Positions 38,091 through 49,415 of a DNA stretch of 64,000 nt are shown piece after piece. This DNA is from Mantamonas sphyraenae STR306 (taxonomy: Eukaryota; Protista; CRuMs): the NCBI GenBank assembly GCA_026936335.1, contig JAPMXV010000025.1, forward strand, positions 62,001 through 126,000, in the 5' to 3' direction. The translations under genes were made by a program, and so were the position numbers. The stretch's first letter is position 1. Every line of letters begins with the position of its first letter. The notes beneath the pieces are model-generated. The model searched no databases. It saw only the letters and a program-made list of their open reading frames with translations, and was not told the DNA's origin.

Positions 38091-38163
38091 AGAGCGCGAC
38101 GGGACTCGAACCCGCAACCTTTTGAGCCGAAATCAAATGCGCTATCCATTGCGCCACGCGCCC
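38091..38163 (-). tRNA. trnR-UCG: tRNA-Arg (anticodon UCG)
   Basis: GGGCGCG-TG-GCGC-AATGGATA-GCGC-A-TTTGA-TT-TCG-GC-TCAAA-AGGTT-GCGGG-TTCGAGT-CCCGT-CGCGCTC-T folds as a 73-nt cloverleaf with A and B boxes. Confidence 0.97.
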
Positions 38164-38250
38164 AGTCGGGCGTTACACCGGCTGTGTTGGGCCGCGGCAA
38201 ACATTATGAGGAACGGTGTGCGCATTGCGCATTTTTCTCTTGCGACCACG

Positions 38251-39459
38251 TCAGTACTCCTCGTCTTCTGCATCGTCTTCTGGGAGCGTCCACACGTCCC
38301 CCACGGCCACATGGGCGGCGTCCACTTGTGCATCCAAGTCAATTTCGGCAGCTTCGGTGTCCGTGTCGACTGCGAGTCGCCAGTTGGGGCTCTGCTGGCT
38401 GCGGAGCCAGCGAAAGTCCTGCACGTCTTTGTACAGCTGCGAGTCCACCTGTTGGTTGGCGGCCGCAAAGTGGGAGTCTCGGTCTGCGTAGTGGACACGG
38501 TAGGGCGCAAACACGAGGGTGTCGCAGTGCTCGATGATGGGCTTGCTCTTCATGGCTAGCTGGAACAAGCACTGGTGGCTGTCGTGGATGCGCATCTGAC
38601 GCACACCCAGGGCAAACACGCACTCCTGCGCCTCCTGCATGTGCACAGAGCCGTCTACAGGGCCTGCCAGCAACCTGCATTGGCGCACTCTATCCACACG
38701 CACGGCTGTGGGCACGCAGCGAAACACCAGCGTCGCCTCTTGCACACGCGTCACCATCACATCCATGCCTGCCACCACAGCTGCGTCGGCCTCCCACACC
38801 TCTCCCTTGCCCACGATGGCATAGCCGCCCTCCTCGGCGCCGAGTGCCTCGACCACCGCCTGCGACCCCGTGACCAGGAATGCACCGCCCAGCAGTTCCT
38901 TCTCTACATCTGTGTGGTTGCTACTCGAGTCTGTGGAAGCCGGTTGGGAATCGGAGGCATTGGAAGAGGAGGAGGTGGAGGTGGAGGTGGACGTTGCGCT
39001 GGCTTCCTTCTTCTTGCGCGCCTCCTCCTTTTGCTTGCGACGCGCACGAAAGGAAAACTTGGGTTTGGGCATGTGACGTGCACGGCAATCGGTCACGGCC
39101 TGTTGCAGCTCTGTGATCTGTTCCTGAGCCAGACGCAGGTCGTAGCTGGGCAGGAACAAAACGGCATCGTTCACCACCTGCTGTGCCTCCTCCATCTTTG
39201 CCCCAACGGCGTCCATGTGACTCACCACCTCCTCTCCTTGCATCTCCTCCACAGCCTCCATCATCTCACGCACCTCTTGCTTCACAAGGCCAAACGCGCG
39301 CGCAAACGCCGCAATCGACTCCTCGGGCGACTTGTCCTTCTCTGCCTCCTCACGCGCCGCTTGCCGCTTTGCATTCCGTTCCAGAATCGACGCTTGCAGC
39401 TTTGCCTCCACCTGTGCCTTCTTCTCTGCATACAGCTGCGCTTCTTCGTCGTCGCTCAT
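38251..39459 (-). CDS. TBCC: Tubulin-folding cofactor C
   Basis: FLPSYDLRLAQ, PKPKFSF, GPVDGSVHM, RQMRIH, SKPIIEHC..FAPY, VQDFRWLRSQQSPNW. Confidence 0.93.
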   Translation of the reverse strand: MSDDEEAQLYAEKKAQVEAKLQASILERNAKRQAAREEAEKDKSPEESIAAFARAFGLVKQEVREMMEAVEEMQGEEVVSHMDAVGAKMEEAQQVVNDAVLFLPSYDLRLAQEQITELQQAVTDCRARHMPKPKFSFRARRKQKEEARKKKEASATSTSTSTSSSSNASDSQPASTDSSSNHTDVEKELLGGAFLVTGSQAVVEALGAEEGGYAIVGKGEVWEADAAVVAGMDVMVTRVQEATLVFRCVPTAVRVDRVRQCRLLAGPVDGSVHMQEAQECVFALGVRQMRIHDSHQCLFQLAMKSKPIIEHCDTLVFAPYRVHYADRDSHFAAANQQVDSQLYKDVQDFRWLRSQQSPNWRLAVDTDTEAAEIDLDAQVDAAHVAVGDVWTLPEDDAEDEEY

Positions 39460-39745
39460 TTTGTTGTTGATCACTCACTCACTCACTCACGCACAATCCG
39501 TTGGGTGCCCACGCGCATCCGAATCGTCAGGTATGCATGAGGGGGGGGGGGGGGGAGGGGGTTTGATGGGCATCGTGGGGAAGGGGGGGGTGGGCATGCA
39601 TGTGAATTGGCACCCGCAACTGTGGCAACAGCAACACCACTGCAGGCATCATCAATGTGAGTGAGTGGATGGGTGTCATGGTGTGTGGAACCATGTTCGA
39701 GTCCCATCTCCCCTCCCCCCCTTCCCCCCGCGTCCTTGGTGAGCC

Positions 39746-42700
39746 ATGCCGCCGCGGGATTCAACGCTGACAATGACACGGATTACAGGAATGGCCTCGG
39801 CTACAGCTTCGGGCTGGGATCCAGCGACGAGGACGAGGCGTTGGACTTTGGCAGCAAGGCATCGAGCAAGAAGAAGGGCAAGAAGAAAGGGAAGAAGGAC
39901 AAGAAGAAGCGCAAGGGCCGGTCGTCGTCGTCGTCGGATGCGCGAGCCAGCGGCAAGGGTGCCGTTACAGAGATTTGGCGCGCGGACGGCGGAGGCGGCG
40001 GTAGCAGCGTGGGCAGTGCGGGAGGCGACGGCGGAGGCCTTCAATTTGGTGTCAGCAAGGCCAAGAAGAAGAAACGTGGAGGGACGGTGGACTATGCGGC
40101 GGCGGCAGCACGTTTCGGCGGAGGGAATTCGTCCTTGGGTGGCAGCAAGGTGAGCTTTGCCGACGCCGGCCCGGGAGCCAAGGCTACGAAAACGTCGTAT
40201 GCCATGGACAAGGCATCGTCGTACCTGGGTGGCACGGGGAGTCACAGCGATGCACGTCCGGCCAGCCGGGGACGACGCAGTGCACGGAAGGAGATTCCGG
40301 AAGACCTTGACGCGGCGTTGGAGGACAGCAGCGACGAAGAGGTGGACGGGCGCCAGGATCTGGCATCCAGTCTGGGGGCCACTGTGTATCGGTCAAACAC
40401 GGGTCGCAAGGCATTGGATGCGCTGGAGGAGGATATGATGTTTGGCAGCGGGGCTGTGGGGCAGCCGGATTCGGCGACGGTGACGACCACGGCCAAGCCT
40501 GTGTTTGGAGACTACGAGTTTGGCAGCAGCAACAAGTACAGGCAACCAGCAGGCAGCAAGCAAGCAAAGAGTGAGGATGATGACGATGATGATGAGGATG
40601 AGGAGGATGCGTACCACGGATACGGGAAAGGACACAAGCCGTTAAAGTCCAACGCATCGACACATTCGCTGACGCGGTCGGTGGCACATGCGTCGTATGG
40701 AGATGATGATGAGGAGGATGACGATGAGATGGGATACACACAGCTGGATTGGGGGGACATGGAGGACGAGATGGAGGGGATGATGTTTGGCCGAGGGTCA
40801 GAGACGTTGTACACGGAGGCCACGGGCAAGGCGGGAGGAGGAGGAGGAGGAACACGTACCAACAACAACACCAGTGGTGGGAAGAGTCAACAGCGGTGGT
40901 TTGACGCCGATCCCGTGGCCAAGGTGGTGGTGAATGATCGTCGTGAGGATGATGATGTTGATGATGACGATGACATGGATGGGTTCTTTGATGAGGACGA
41001 GGATGAGGAGGAGGACTACTTTGACGACTTTGACGCAGCCGGGTACGGTCGTGCTGGGGCAGCGCCGGTGACACGCGGGGTTGTGGAGGAGGAGAAGCCA
41101 GAGGAGGAGTCAAAGAAGGTGGACGACGATGACTATGATTACTACGCGAGCGTGTTTGATCGCTTCCAGGGCCAGGTGGTGGAGGACGAGTACGAGTTGC
41201 CGCAGGTGAAGTACGACGAGTATGAAATCGAGGGCGAGGACGAGGGAGTGGTGGTGCCCAAGCAGCAACAGGTGGACGTGGATGTGGATGCACAGGACGA
41301 TGGCACAGGTGGATCCAAGGAGGAGGAGAGGAGGAGGATGTGAATCGCAGCGTGTTGGCACAGCTGGAGGATGACGATGCGTTCTTCAAGCAGATGGAGG
41401 AGGAGGAAGAAGGGGCGGAGGAGAGTGGAAAGGTGGAAACGGTCGTGTTTGACAGCGATAGCGACAGTGACGGCGTGGTGTTTGGGAACGGGGACGGGCA
41501 CGTCACGTTTGGTGCATTGCCCGAGGACAAGGACAACAAAGAGACAGTGGCGGTGGAGCAGGAAGAGAGGAGGAGGAGGAATACGGCGATGATTTCGTGG
41601 ACGAGGCAGAGCTGGAGGCACAGGTAAAGGCGGAGCAAAAGGCACAGGCAGAGGCAGCTGCAAAGAAGGCAGAGGCAGAGGCAGAGGAGGCAGAGAGACG
41701 TCGCAAGCGGGAGGCATGGGAGGAGGAGCGGGAACGGCAGCAGGCAGAGTTGGAGTTGGCACGCAAGCGGCAGGAGATGGAACTGGAGGCAGCACGCAAG
41801 CGGCAGGAGATGGAACTGGAAATGGAGCGCAAGAAGCTGGAGCTGGCCAAGGCCAAGCGTCAGATGGAGGAGGAGATGGAGGAGGAGCGCAAACGGAAAC
41901 AGGCGGCGCTGCAGTCGATGTTTGGAGGGGATGAGGATGAGGAGGAGGAGGGAGGAGGAAGCGGCCGAAGAGGTGATTGAGGATGACGAGGAGGCACAGC
42001 GGGTGGCTGGGAAGAAGGTGGCGTGGGGAGGGGAGCAGCAGGGACAGGAGCAGCAGGGACGGACAGCAGCAGCAGCAGCAGCAGGGACAGCAGGGACAGC
42101 AGGGACAGCAGTGGGCGTGGCAGACACCGCCCGCTCAGATGATGGCGGGTGCGGGAGGTGGACCGGGTGCGGGACCGCCGATGTGGTCGCCGTACGCTAT
42201 GCCCATGTCTGCTGGCCCCGGGTATGGAATGATGTACCCCATGCATCCGATGCAGCAGGCGTATCAGACTCCACCTGCGTATGGGTACGGGTACATGGGC
42301 GCGCCAGCGTATGCCGGGAACCCGGATCCGTTTGCAAGTCCCGTGGCCTACCACACGGCAAGCAACATCATGCGCACGCTGCGTGCGGAACAGCGCTTGC
42401 GCAACAGTCGTGTGGGCAACGTGCAGGCGGGCGCCGCACGCGAGGCGTGGGCAACGTCACCGTCGTCGTCGGCGAGGGGCGGCAAGGTGAGTGATCAGGA
42501 AACGGCGCAGGCGGCGGAAAAGGAGAAGGAGGAGGAGCAGGAGGAGGACGCAGGGCAGGGAAAGGGGCAGGCAAGGAGAACATCGATCATCGGGATGTGT
42601 ACATGCAACAGACAGCGTTGCGTGATGAACTGGCAGAGCTGCGTGACAAGCTGGAGGAGATGAGCGAGGCGAGCGCACAGGTGGACGACGTGCAGGGCGC

Positions 42701-42977
42701 CCTGTCGGCCACACTGCACATGCGCACGTCGGAGCGGCTGTTTCGACGCCACATGGCCCTGGTGGAAGACTTTATCGAGCAGACACGCCTGCTGGTGCGT
42801 TCAGCTCCCCAGCTGCCTCAGCAACAGCAGCAGCAGCAGGGTGTGACGGGAAGCAGCAGCGGCGGCGGCAACACGAATGCAAGCGGAACTCGCCGCAGGA
42901 AGAAAAAGGCGTACACAACGCTCAAAGGGACCAAGAAGGAGATGAAGCGCATCAGGAAGAGGGCGCTGGCCACCTGA
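39746..42977 (+). CDS. Large acidic, low-complexity protein with charged coiled coil and C-terminal helical segment
   Basis: Consecutive coding-like ORFs (39661-41343, 41340-41627, 41597-41980, 41922-42663, 42597-42977) linked by 1-nt slips in GAG repeats; the single-gene model is inferred. Confidence 0.55.
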
Positions 42978-43619
42978 GTGGAGAATAGAAATAGAGAAAT
43001 AGAAAGGGATGGAGAGAGTGTGTTCATTGGTGGTGGGGGGAGGGGCTAGGGGGAGGGGGAGGGAGTGTGGACAGGAGTGTGGTGGTGGTGGGGCAGGGGG
43101 GAAAGGGGAAGAGGATGAGACATGCAGAAATCCTTTGTGGGGAGCGCAAGCAGACACGGCCACAGGAGAGGAAGGGAATGGAAAGGAATGTCAATGCCGC
43201 GCGAAACCGACAAGGTGTGTGCACAAAGCAATACCAGGCCAGTGATTAAGACGGTTGTCCCGCCACACGTCGCACGAGGGCGGCATGCGGGGAGGGAGTG
43301 CTTTCCGGACCACTCTGGAGCGGCTGCAAGCGGCACAACGGATCCCGAGAACGGGAACCCGCACGCACAGTCGCCCAGGTTCGCCACATCCACCGAGGCA
43401 GATGCGGCGTGGATGTCCGGTTGCGTGCAGCAAGACGCTGCACGACTTTTAACAGTTTATCTGGTGGCAACTGCGGCATGCTGGGCATGGCATGGAGGCC
43501 ACACGGGGGATTGGAGTGTAAGGTGGGTGATTGGGCGACGTGGATGCCATATGGGTGGGGGTGTGGTGCGCGGGGGAAGGCAGGGAAAAACACACCACAG
43601 AGGAGCACATAGCATCAGC

Positions 43620-44270
43620 ATGGCGTCGTCATCCAGCCACGAGATGGGCGAGGGGCACGTGCCCACATATTCGGACGAGGACCATTGGAAGCAGACTCAG
43701 GACGGGTACGGGGAGCCGCCGCACACGCACGACTACGGGGACATTCCCACGTACTCGGACCAGGACGCGTTTTACGGGGAACAGGACGACAACACGTACG
43801 TCACACCCGAGGGAGAGATTGTACAGCGGTTCGACAAGAAGCGCACCGAGGTGCCCAAGTTTGTGTTTATCCCAGACAAGACGCAGCCGCGGACCAACTG
43901 GCTGAACAGCATCACGGACAACAAATGCGGCCAGAGTCTGATCCTGGGCTCGACCATGGGCGCAGGGATCGGTCTGTCGATTGGGTTTGTGGGTGGCTTC
44001 CTTGCCGCACTGTTCTCTGGCCTTCCACGCTCAGAGATCCCTCGGTACACGGTGAAACGGGCGCTGCAGAGCGGCGGCTTCTTCACGTTTCTGCTGGCGA
44101 CTGCGTTTGGCCTGCGCTGTGACACTCTGCCACACAACACAGGCACGATCTATTCTCTGTACAACGGCGTCGGGGGTGGCGTTGTGTCACGTCATGATGT
44201 ACACACCAGTGTGTCAATTGTGACTTTGGAGGAGGAGGAGGAGGATTGGGAGGGGGAGGCGACGATGTGA
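43620..44270 (+). CDS. ROMO1: ROMO1/Mgr2-like TIM23-associated inner-membrane protein with acidic N-terminal extension
   Basis: CGQSLILGSTMGAGIGLSIGFVGG..LQSGGFFTFLLATAFGLRC matches the C..MG..G..G..QSGG.F..F..G.RC pattern. Confidence 0.8.
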   Translation: MASSSSHEMGEGHVPTYSDEDHWKQTQDGYGEPPHTHDYGDIPTYSDQDAFYGEQDDNTYVTPEGEIVQRFDKKRTEVPKFVFIPDKTQPRTNWLNSITDNKCGQSLILGSTMGAGIGLSIGFVGGFLAALFSGLPRSEIPRYTVKRALQSGGFFTFLLATAFGLRCDTLPHNTGTIYSLYNGVGGGVVSRHDVHTSVSIVTLEEEEEDWEGEATM

Positions 44271-44740
44271 TGATGATCAGGCGGGTGGTGGAGGGGGGGT
44301 GGGAGGGAGTGGGGAGGGAGGGGGGGGGTGTAGGGTGCACACAGGGAGTGGGGATGGGGTGGTGTGGTGTGGGAGGGTGGGATGGTAGGAGGACGGGGAG
44401 GATTTGGGTGGGAGAGGAGGGAAGTGGGTGGGGAAGGAGGGAGAGGGGCGAATGAATGGATGCTTGGGAATATGGTTGCGAGGTGAGTGGGGGCAGATTG
44501 TGCGGGGGGGGGCGTTGGAGGGAGGTGGGGAGGTGGATGCGTGGAGGGGTCCACCGGAACTTGGAAAGGAGACAAGGTTTGTTTTGGAGGGTGTGTGTGT
44601 GTGGGAACGGTGGTGGTGGTGGCGATGGATGGGTGGGGTGGAGTGAGGTGGGGAAGAGCGGGGGAGGGGTGGAAGGGGAAAGAGGGAAAGATGGGGGGAC
44701 ATCGGAGCGGGAGCTGACACGTGGGGCAGAACTGGTTGAT
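44271..44740 (+). other. Extremely G/purine-rich spacer upstream of the kinase (also 51822-52270)
   Basis: Dense GGG/GGGG tracts and almost no C on the + strand. Confidence 0.8.
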
Positions 44741-44745
44741 CGATC

Positions 44746-47700
44746 ATGAGCACAACACAACAAGTGGACTGGAAGACACTGCTGGCGAGTGGCGATGTGG
44801 AACGCATTGGGGTGGCATTGGCAGAGGCAGGAGAGGTGGGTTTGCGGGAGAGACGAGAGGGAAAATTGGTTGACGTGTGGGTGGAGAGGATGGTTGAGGA
44901 GTGAGGAAGGAGTGAATGGGGGCGATTGGGATTGGGTGGAAGTGGGTGGGTGGGTGGATGCGGGGGGTGATGGCTGACGCAGGTGGTGCAGGAATTGAAA
45001 CTCGGAGGGAAGAGTCTTGGGGACGAACGTGTGGCAGCCCTGGCAAAGGCATTGGGAAGGAACAGCAGCTTGAAGAAACTGTACCTCAACAACAACAGCA
45101 TCGGAGCAGAGGGAGCAGCAGCACTGGCGCAGGGACTGAGTGGGAACAGCAGCTTGCAGAACCTGAACATCAACAGCAACAGCATCGGGGACAAAGGAGC
45201 AGCAGCACTGGCGCAAGCACTGAGTGAGAACGGCAGTTTGCAGAGACTGGACCTCTACAACAACAGCATCGGGGCAGCAGGAGCAGCAGCACTGGGGCAG
45301 GCACTGAGTGGGAACAACAGCTTGCAGAGGCTGGACCTCAGCAGCAACAGCATCGGGGCAGAAGGAGCAGCAGCACTGGCGCAGGCATTGAGTGAGAACG
45401 GCAGCTTGCAGAACCTGAACATCAACTACAACAGCATCGGGACAGATGGAGCAGAAGCACTGGCACAGGCACTGAGTAAGAACAGCAGCTTGCAGACACT
45501 ATACCTCTACAACAACAGCATCGGAGCAGAAGGAGCAGCAGCACTGGCTCAGGTACTGAGTGAGAACAGCAGCTTGCAGACACTAAACCTCAACAACAAC
45601 AGCATCGGGGACAAAGGAGCAGCAGCACTGGCGCAGGCATTGAGTGAGAACGGCAGCTTGCAGAACCTGAACATCAACTACAACAGCATCGGGACAGATG
45701 GAGCAGAAGCACTGGCACAGGCACTGAGTAAGAACAGCAGCCTGCAGACACTGGACCTCAGCAACAACAGCATCGGAGCAGCAGGAGCAGCAGCACTGGC
45801 CGCAGTACTGGAATCCAACCACACCTGCTGGTACATGTCTGGTGTAGGCGATGATGCAGTCAAGCAGTTTCTCTCGCGCAACAAGGAGCACGCAGATGCG
45901 TTCCTCGCCGCCGCCCGCTCTGCCGACACCGCTGCCATGCAGGAGCAGCTGGATTGGGGTGTTCACGTCGATGCCTGGCCTGACGTCGAGAACACAGCCG
46001 TCACCGTTGCAGCCAACAACAACGACATTGAGCTGTGCGCATGGCTGATCGAGCGTGGTGCAAATCCACTCACTCGCCCATATGGCTACAAACCCAATGC
46101 CTTGGAGCTGGCCCAGAAAAACGGCAACACGGCCATCCTGGAGCTGCTCTCTGCAGCAATCAATCCTGTTGACCCATCCTGGCCAGCATACGCCACAGCA
46201 ACAGCCAATGTGGAGCTTGTGACTGAGCTGGATGCCATGCTGACAGCACTGTCATCATCATCGTCTGGACACACAAGCGTAGCGGATGTTGTGTCTGTGC
46301 TGAACGACAGCGCAAAGACGACACCGATGCGCGAGGCATCGTCTGTGCAGGAACACCTGGAGACAGTGCTTGCAGACACTGAGGTGGCATCGACACACCA
46401 TGCTGTGCTGGACACGGTGAAGGAAAGTGTGGACCAGGAAAACGCACGCGCACGCATACTCTTGGCTGCAGCTGCTCCACACGCTGCACAAGCACAGCAG
46501 ACACTGTGGACAGCAGAGCAGGAAGAAGTGGAAAGGCTGGTGGTGACACACAAGCAAGCGGCGAGACAGCGACAGGCAGGAACGACGATTGAAGCCAAGA
46601 CGAGTGCACGTGAAGTGGAACTGCAGACGAGTGTGGAGCTGGTGGGAGCGTGTGCACAACGGGCAGAGAAGAGGATGGCAGTGCGGAGGGAGGTGTATGG
46701 AGCAGCAGGAGAGGAGTGGGAGGGAGTGTGGAAGGAAGCAGCAGCGGGTGAACCATCGTCGTCACCTGGAGGATGGATTGCAGAACGGGCAGAGGCACAA
46801 CGGGAGCATGTGTTGGCACAGGCTGGGGTCACAAGGGAGGAGGGAAGACTGTATGCAGCTGGGCTGGAGCAACTGGAGGCCAACACAGGAGAGCTGGTGG
46901 CACGGAAGGAGGCACTGGGTGCAGAGGAGGAGGAGGTGCGGATGGCGAAGGAGATGCGTGTGATGGAGATGGAACGAGAGATTGAAGAGCTGGAGACCAG
47001 ACTGGCACAGCTGCGCAGGGACAAAGCAGCTGAAGAGGAAGCATTGCGTGAGCTGCCCGCTGTGTACAGACAAGAGTGCATGCAGATCGAAGCAACACTG
47101 AAACAATGTGAGAAGTGGCGCACACAGCTGCGGATGCTCTGTGAGCGTCAGGAGGGACTGACGCATGCGCTGGAGCAGCTGGCAGAGGCGAGCAAGGAGC
47201 ATCTGGAAGAAACCGCTGAAGCAGTGGACCACACGGAGCAACAGCTGCAGACACACCACAGAGCAGAACAGACGATGACCAAAGAGGCAGCCGAGTTGGC
47301 ATGTGGGTCGCTGGCAGGGGAACTTCAACGTCTGGAACGGTCGAAAGGACCGAAGCAGAAGCGTGTGCAGCAGGCAGAGGCAGACATGCTGCGGTACCTG
47401 GAGGAGGAGCTGACCGAAGAGTACAACCGTGCACGGGAGGAGCGGGAGCAGGCAGCAGCGGGTGTGAAGCAGGTGGAGGCGATGCAGACCGAGCGTCTGG
47501 ATACGCTGAATGCAGCCGAGGCACTGCTGGGCAAGGAGGCATCGAGTCTGGCGGCGGTGCTTGCAGGGGATGACAGACGAGGCTCATCGAACGGGTGGAC
47601 ACCTCCTGGGTCGCCACTGGGATCCGAGGTGGAGAGTAGCGGAGACGAGTCGCTGGAGATTCCGTGGTCGGATCTTTCGAAAGGGGAACTGCTGGGAGAG

Positions 47701-49020
47701 GGCGGATTTGCGTTTGTGTACAGGGGGATGCTGCGTGGAAGCACGCCAGTAGCCATCAAGATGATGAAGGTGCAGGTGATGGATGCTGAACACGCAGCAG
47801 CATTCAACCACGAGGTGCGGACGATGAAGGGACTGAAGCACCGGAACATGATCACACTGCACGGGGTGTGCATGGAACCGGAGCATGTGTGCATGGTGAC
47901 GGAACTGTGTGAGCTTGGGTCGCTGCACAAGCTGCTGCACGAGAGGGGCGAGGGTGCGGAAGGGCTGTCTGAGGAGGCCAAGGTGCAGATAGCACGAGAT
48001 GTGGCAGACGGAATGGCGTACCTGCACGGATACAAACCACCGATCATGCACAGGGACATGAAGCCAGAGAATGTGCTGCTGGACAGGCGTGGCGTGGCAC
48101 GGATCAGCGACTTTGGACTGAGCCGTGTCAAGGAGCACACCAAGACGAAAACCAAGTCAGGGGCCGGCTCATGGCAGTACATGGCACCTGAGCTGTTGTT
48201 GGATGATGATGACACGGACAGCGACGAGGAGGAGGATGCAGGGGCGTCGTCCTCGAGCGTTTCCATGCGGACGTTTGACGAAAAGGTGGATGTGTTTGCG
48301 TTTGGGATGCTGCTGTGGGAGATGATGCATGAAGTGCAGCCGTACAGCGGAAAGGGAGGCTTCTCGATGGCCAAGTTGATCTCCCGATGGGGCAAGAAGC
48401 CGGACAAGCGAGAGAAGATCGACACGAGCGTGTGTCCGGGATGGGCAACAAAGCTGATTGAGCAGTGCTGGGCGACGGATCCATCGCAACGGCCTCCATT
48501 CACACAGATTGTGGCGACGCTGGACACGGTGGAGGTGATGAAGAAGGAAGAGATGCACTCGCAGGTGGAGATTGTGAGCATCCTGCACGAGATGCAAGGG
48601 ACACAGGCACAGATTCTGGACGCGATGCAGTTTGACCACGAGGCATGGCAGGCACAGGTGGCTGCACTGGACCCGAGGGCACAGGAGGAGATTGTCACTG
48701 CGCTGCGAGAGGTACAGAGCGACACGGAATCACTGAAGAGAAAGAGTGGCCAACAGAGCAAGGCGATCCGGTTCCTGGGAGAGCAGGTGCCACAGATGCG
48801 AGCATGGCTGACAGAGGTGCAGACACGGGCAGAGGCACAAGGGCTGAACGCAGCCGATGTGGACATTGTGCGTGCGCAACTGGCTGCAATGGAGCAGGAT
48901 GTGATGGAGGTGAAAGAGCGAGTGAGCAGTCAAGGAGCAGCTATGGTGGGAGTGCAAGCGAAGCTGGTGACGGTGGAGATTGGGATGGGTGAGAGTGGAG
49001 AGGATGATGAAGGAATGTAG
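44746..49020 (+). CDS. Intracellular LRR - ankyrin - coiled coil - TKL protein kinase - coiled coil, copy 1 (9 full LRRs)
   Basis: Exon 1 MSTTQQVDWKTLLASGDVERIGVALAEAGE; phase-0 intron 44836-44982 (GTGGGT..CTGACGCAG); RI-like 28-aa LRRs; ankyrin repeats (TAVTVAA..WLIERGANP, NALELA..NGNTAILELL); kinase GEGGFAFVY, VAIK, HRDMKPEN, DFG, YMAPE, DVFAFG. No signal peptide or TM helix seen. Confidence 0.93.
45061..45816 (+). repeat. Array of nine 84-bp LRR-coding units
   Basis: Units start every 84 nt (45061, 45145 ... 45733) with consensus AACNNCAGCTTGCAGANNCTGNNCCTCNNCNNCAACAGCATCGG..GGAGCAGCAGCACTG. Confidence 0.97.
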
Positions 49021-49415
49021 AGCGATGAAGGAAGGAGTCGGCTGTAGAGGACCATGTCTGACACGATGTGGAACGAGTGAACGAGTGTACGCACAAGGAC
49101 TGGGTGATTGCAGGGAGGACAGGGGATCCCAACCCACGAGCAGGGTGCAACGGAAGCATGTTGAACGAGAACTGGAGGCAGCAGCAATTGATTCTACCCA
49201 ACATGGAAGAAACACGAGCAAACAAGGCAGCGTGTCCCTTCAACACATCCATCCCAACCTCTTTGCGGACACCACCAACCACCCAACACAACTCCTCAAC
49301 GACTGGGAACGGGGGTCTCTCCATTCGACTCTCACGTCATCACAAATCCCACACACACCAACCCCCAATCCTTGCCAGTCTTGTGTACCATCCACCTCAT
49401 CCACTCATCCACTCA

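Larger units (their letters stand above)
43776..49076 (+). repeat. Segmental duplication, copy 1 (3' part of ROMO1, G-rich spacer, LRR kinase)
   Basis: Homology to 51327-56555 starts at GGGGAACAGGACGAC and ends at TGACACGATGTGGAACGA. Confidence 0.95.

Noticed and set aside
38091-38163. tRNA as a suppressor or sign of an altered genetic code
   Set aside because: Standard Arg UCG anticodon; conserved genes translate normally and use TGA, TAG and TAA as stops.
45061-45816. Regular repeats with variable cores as a CRISPR array
   Set aside because: The 84-bp in-frame units encode LRRs in a eukaryotic gene; there are no unique spacers or cas genes.
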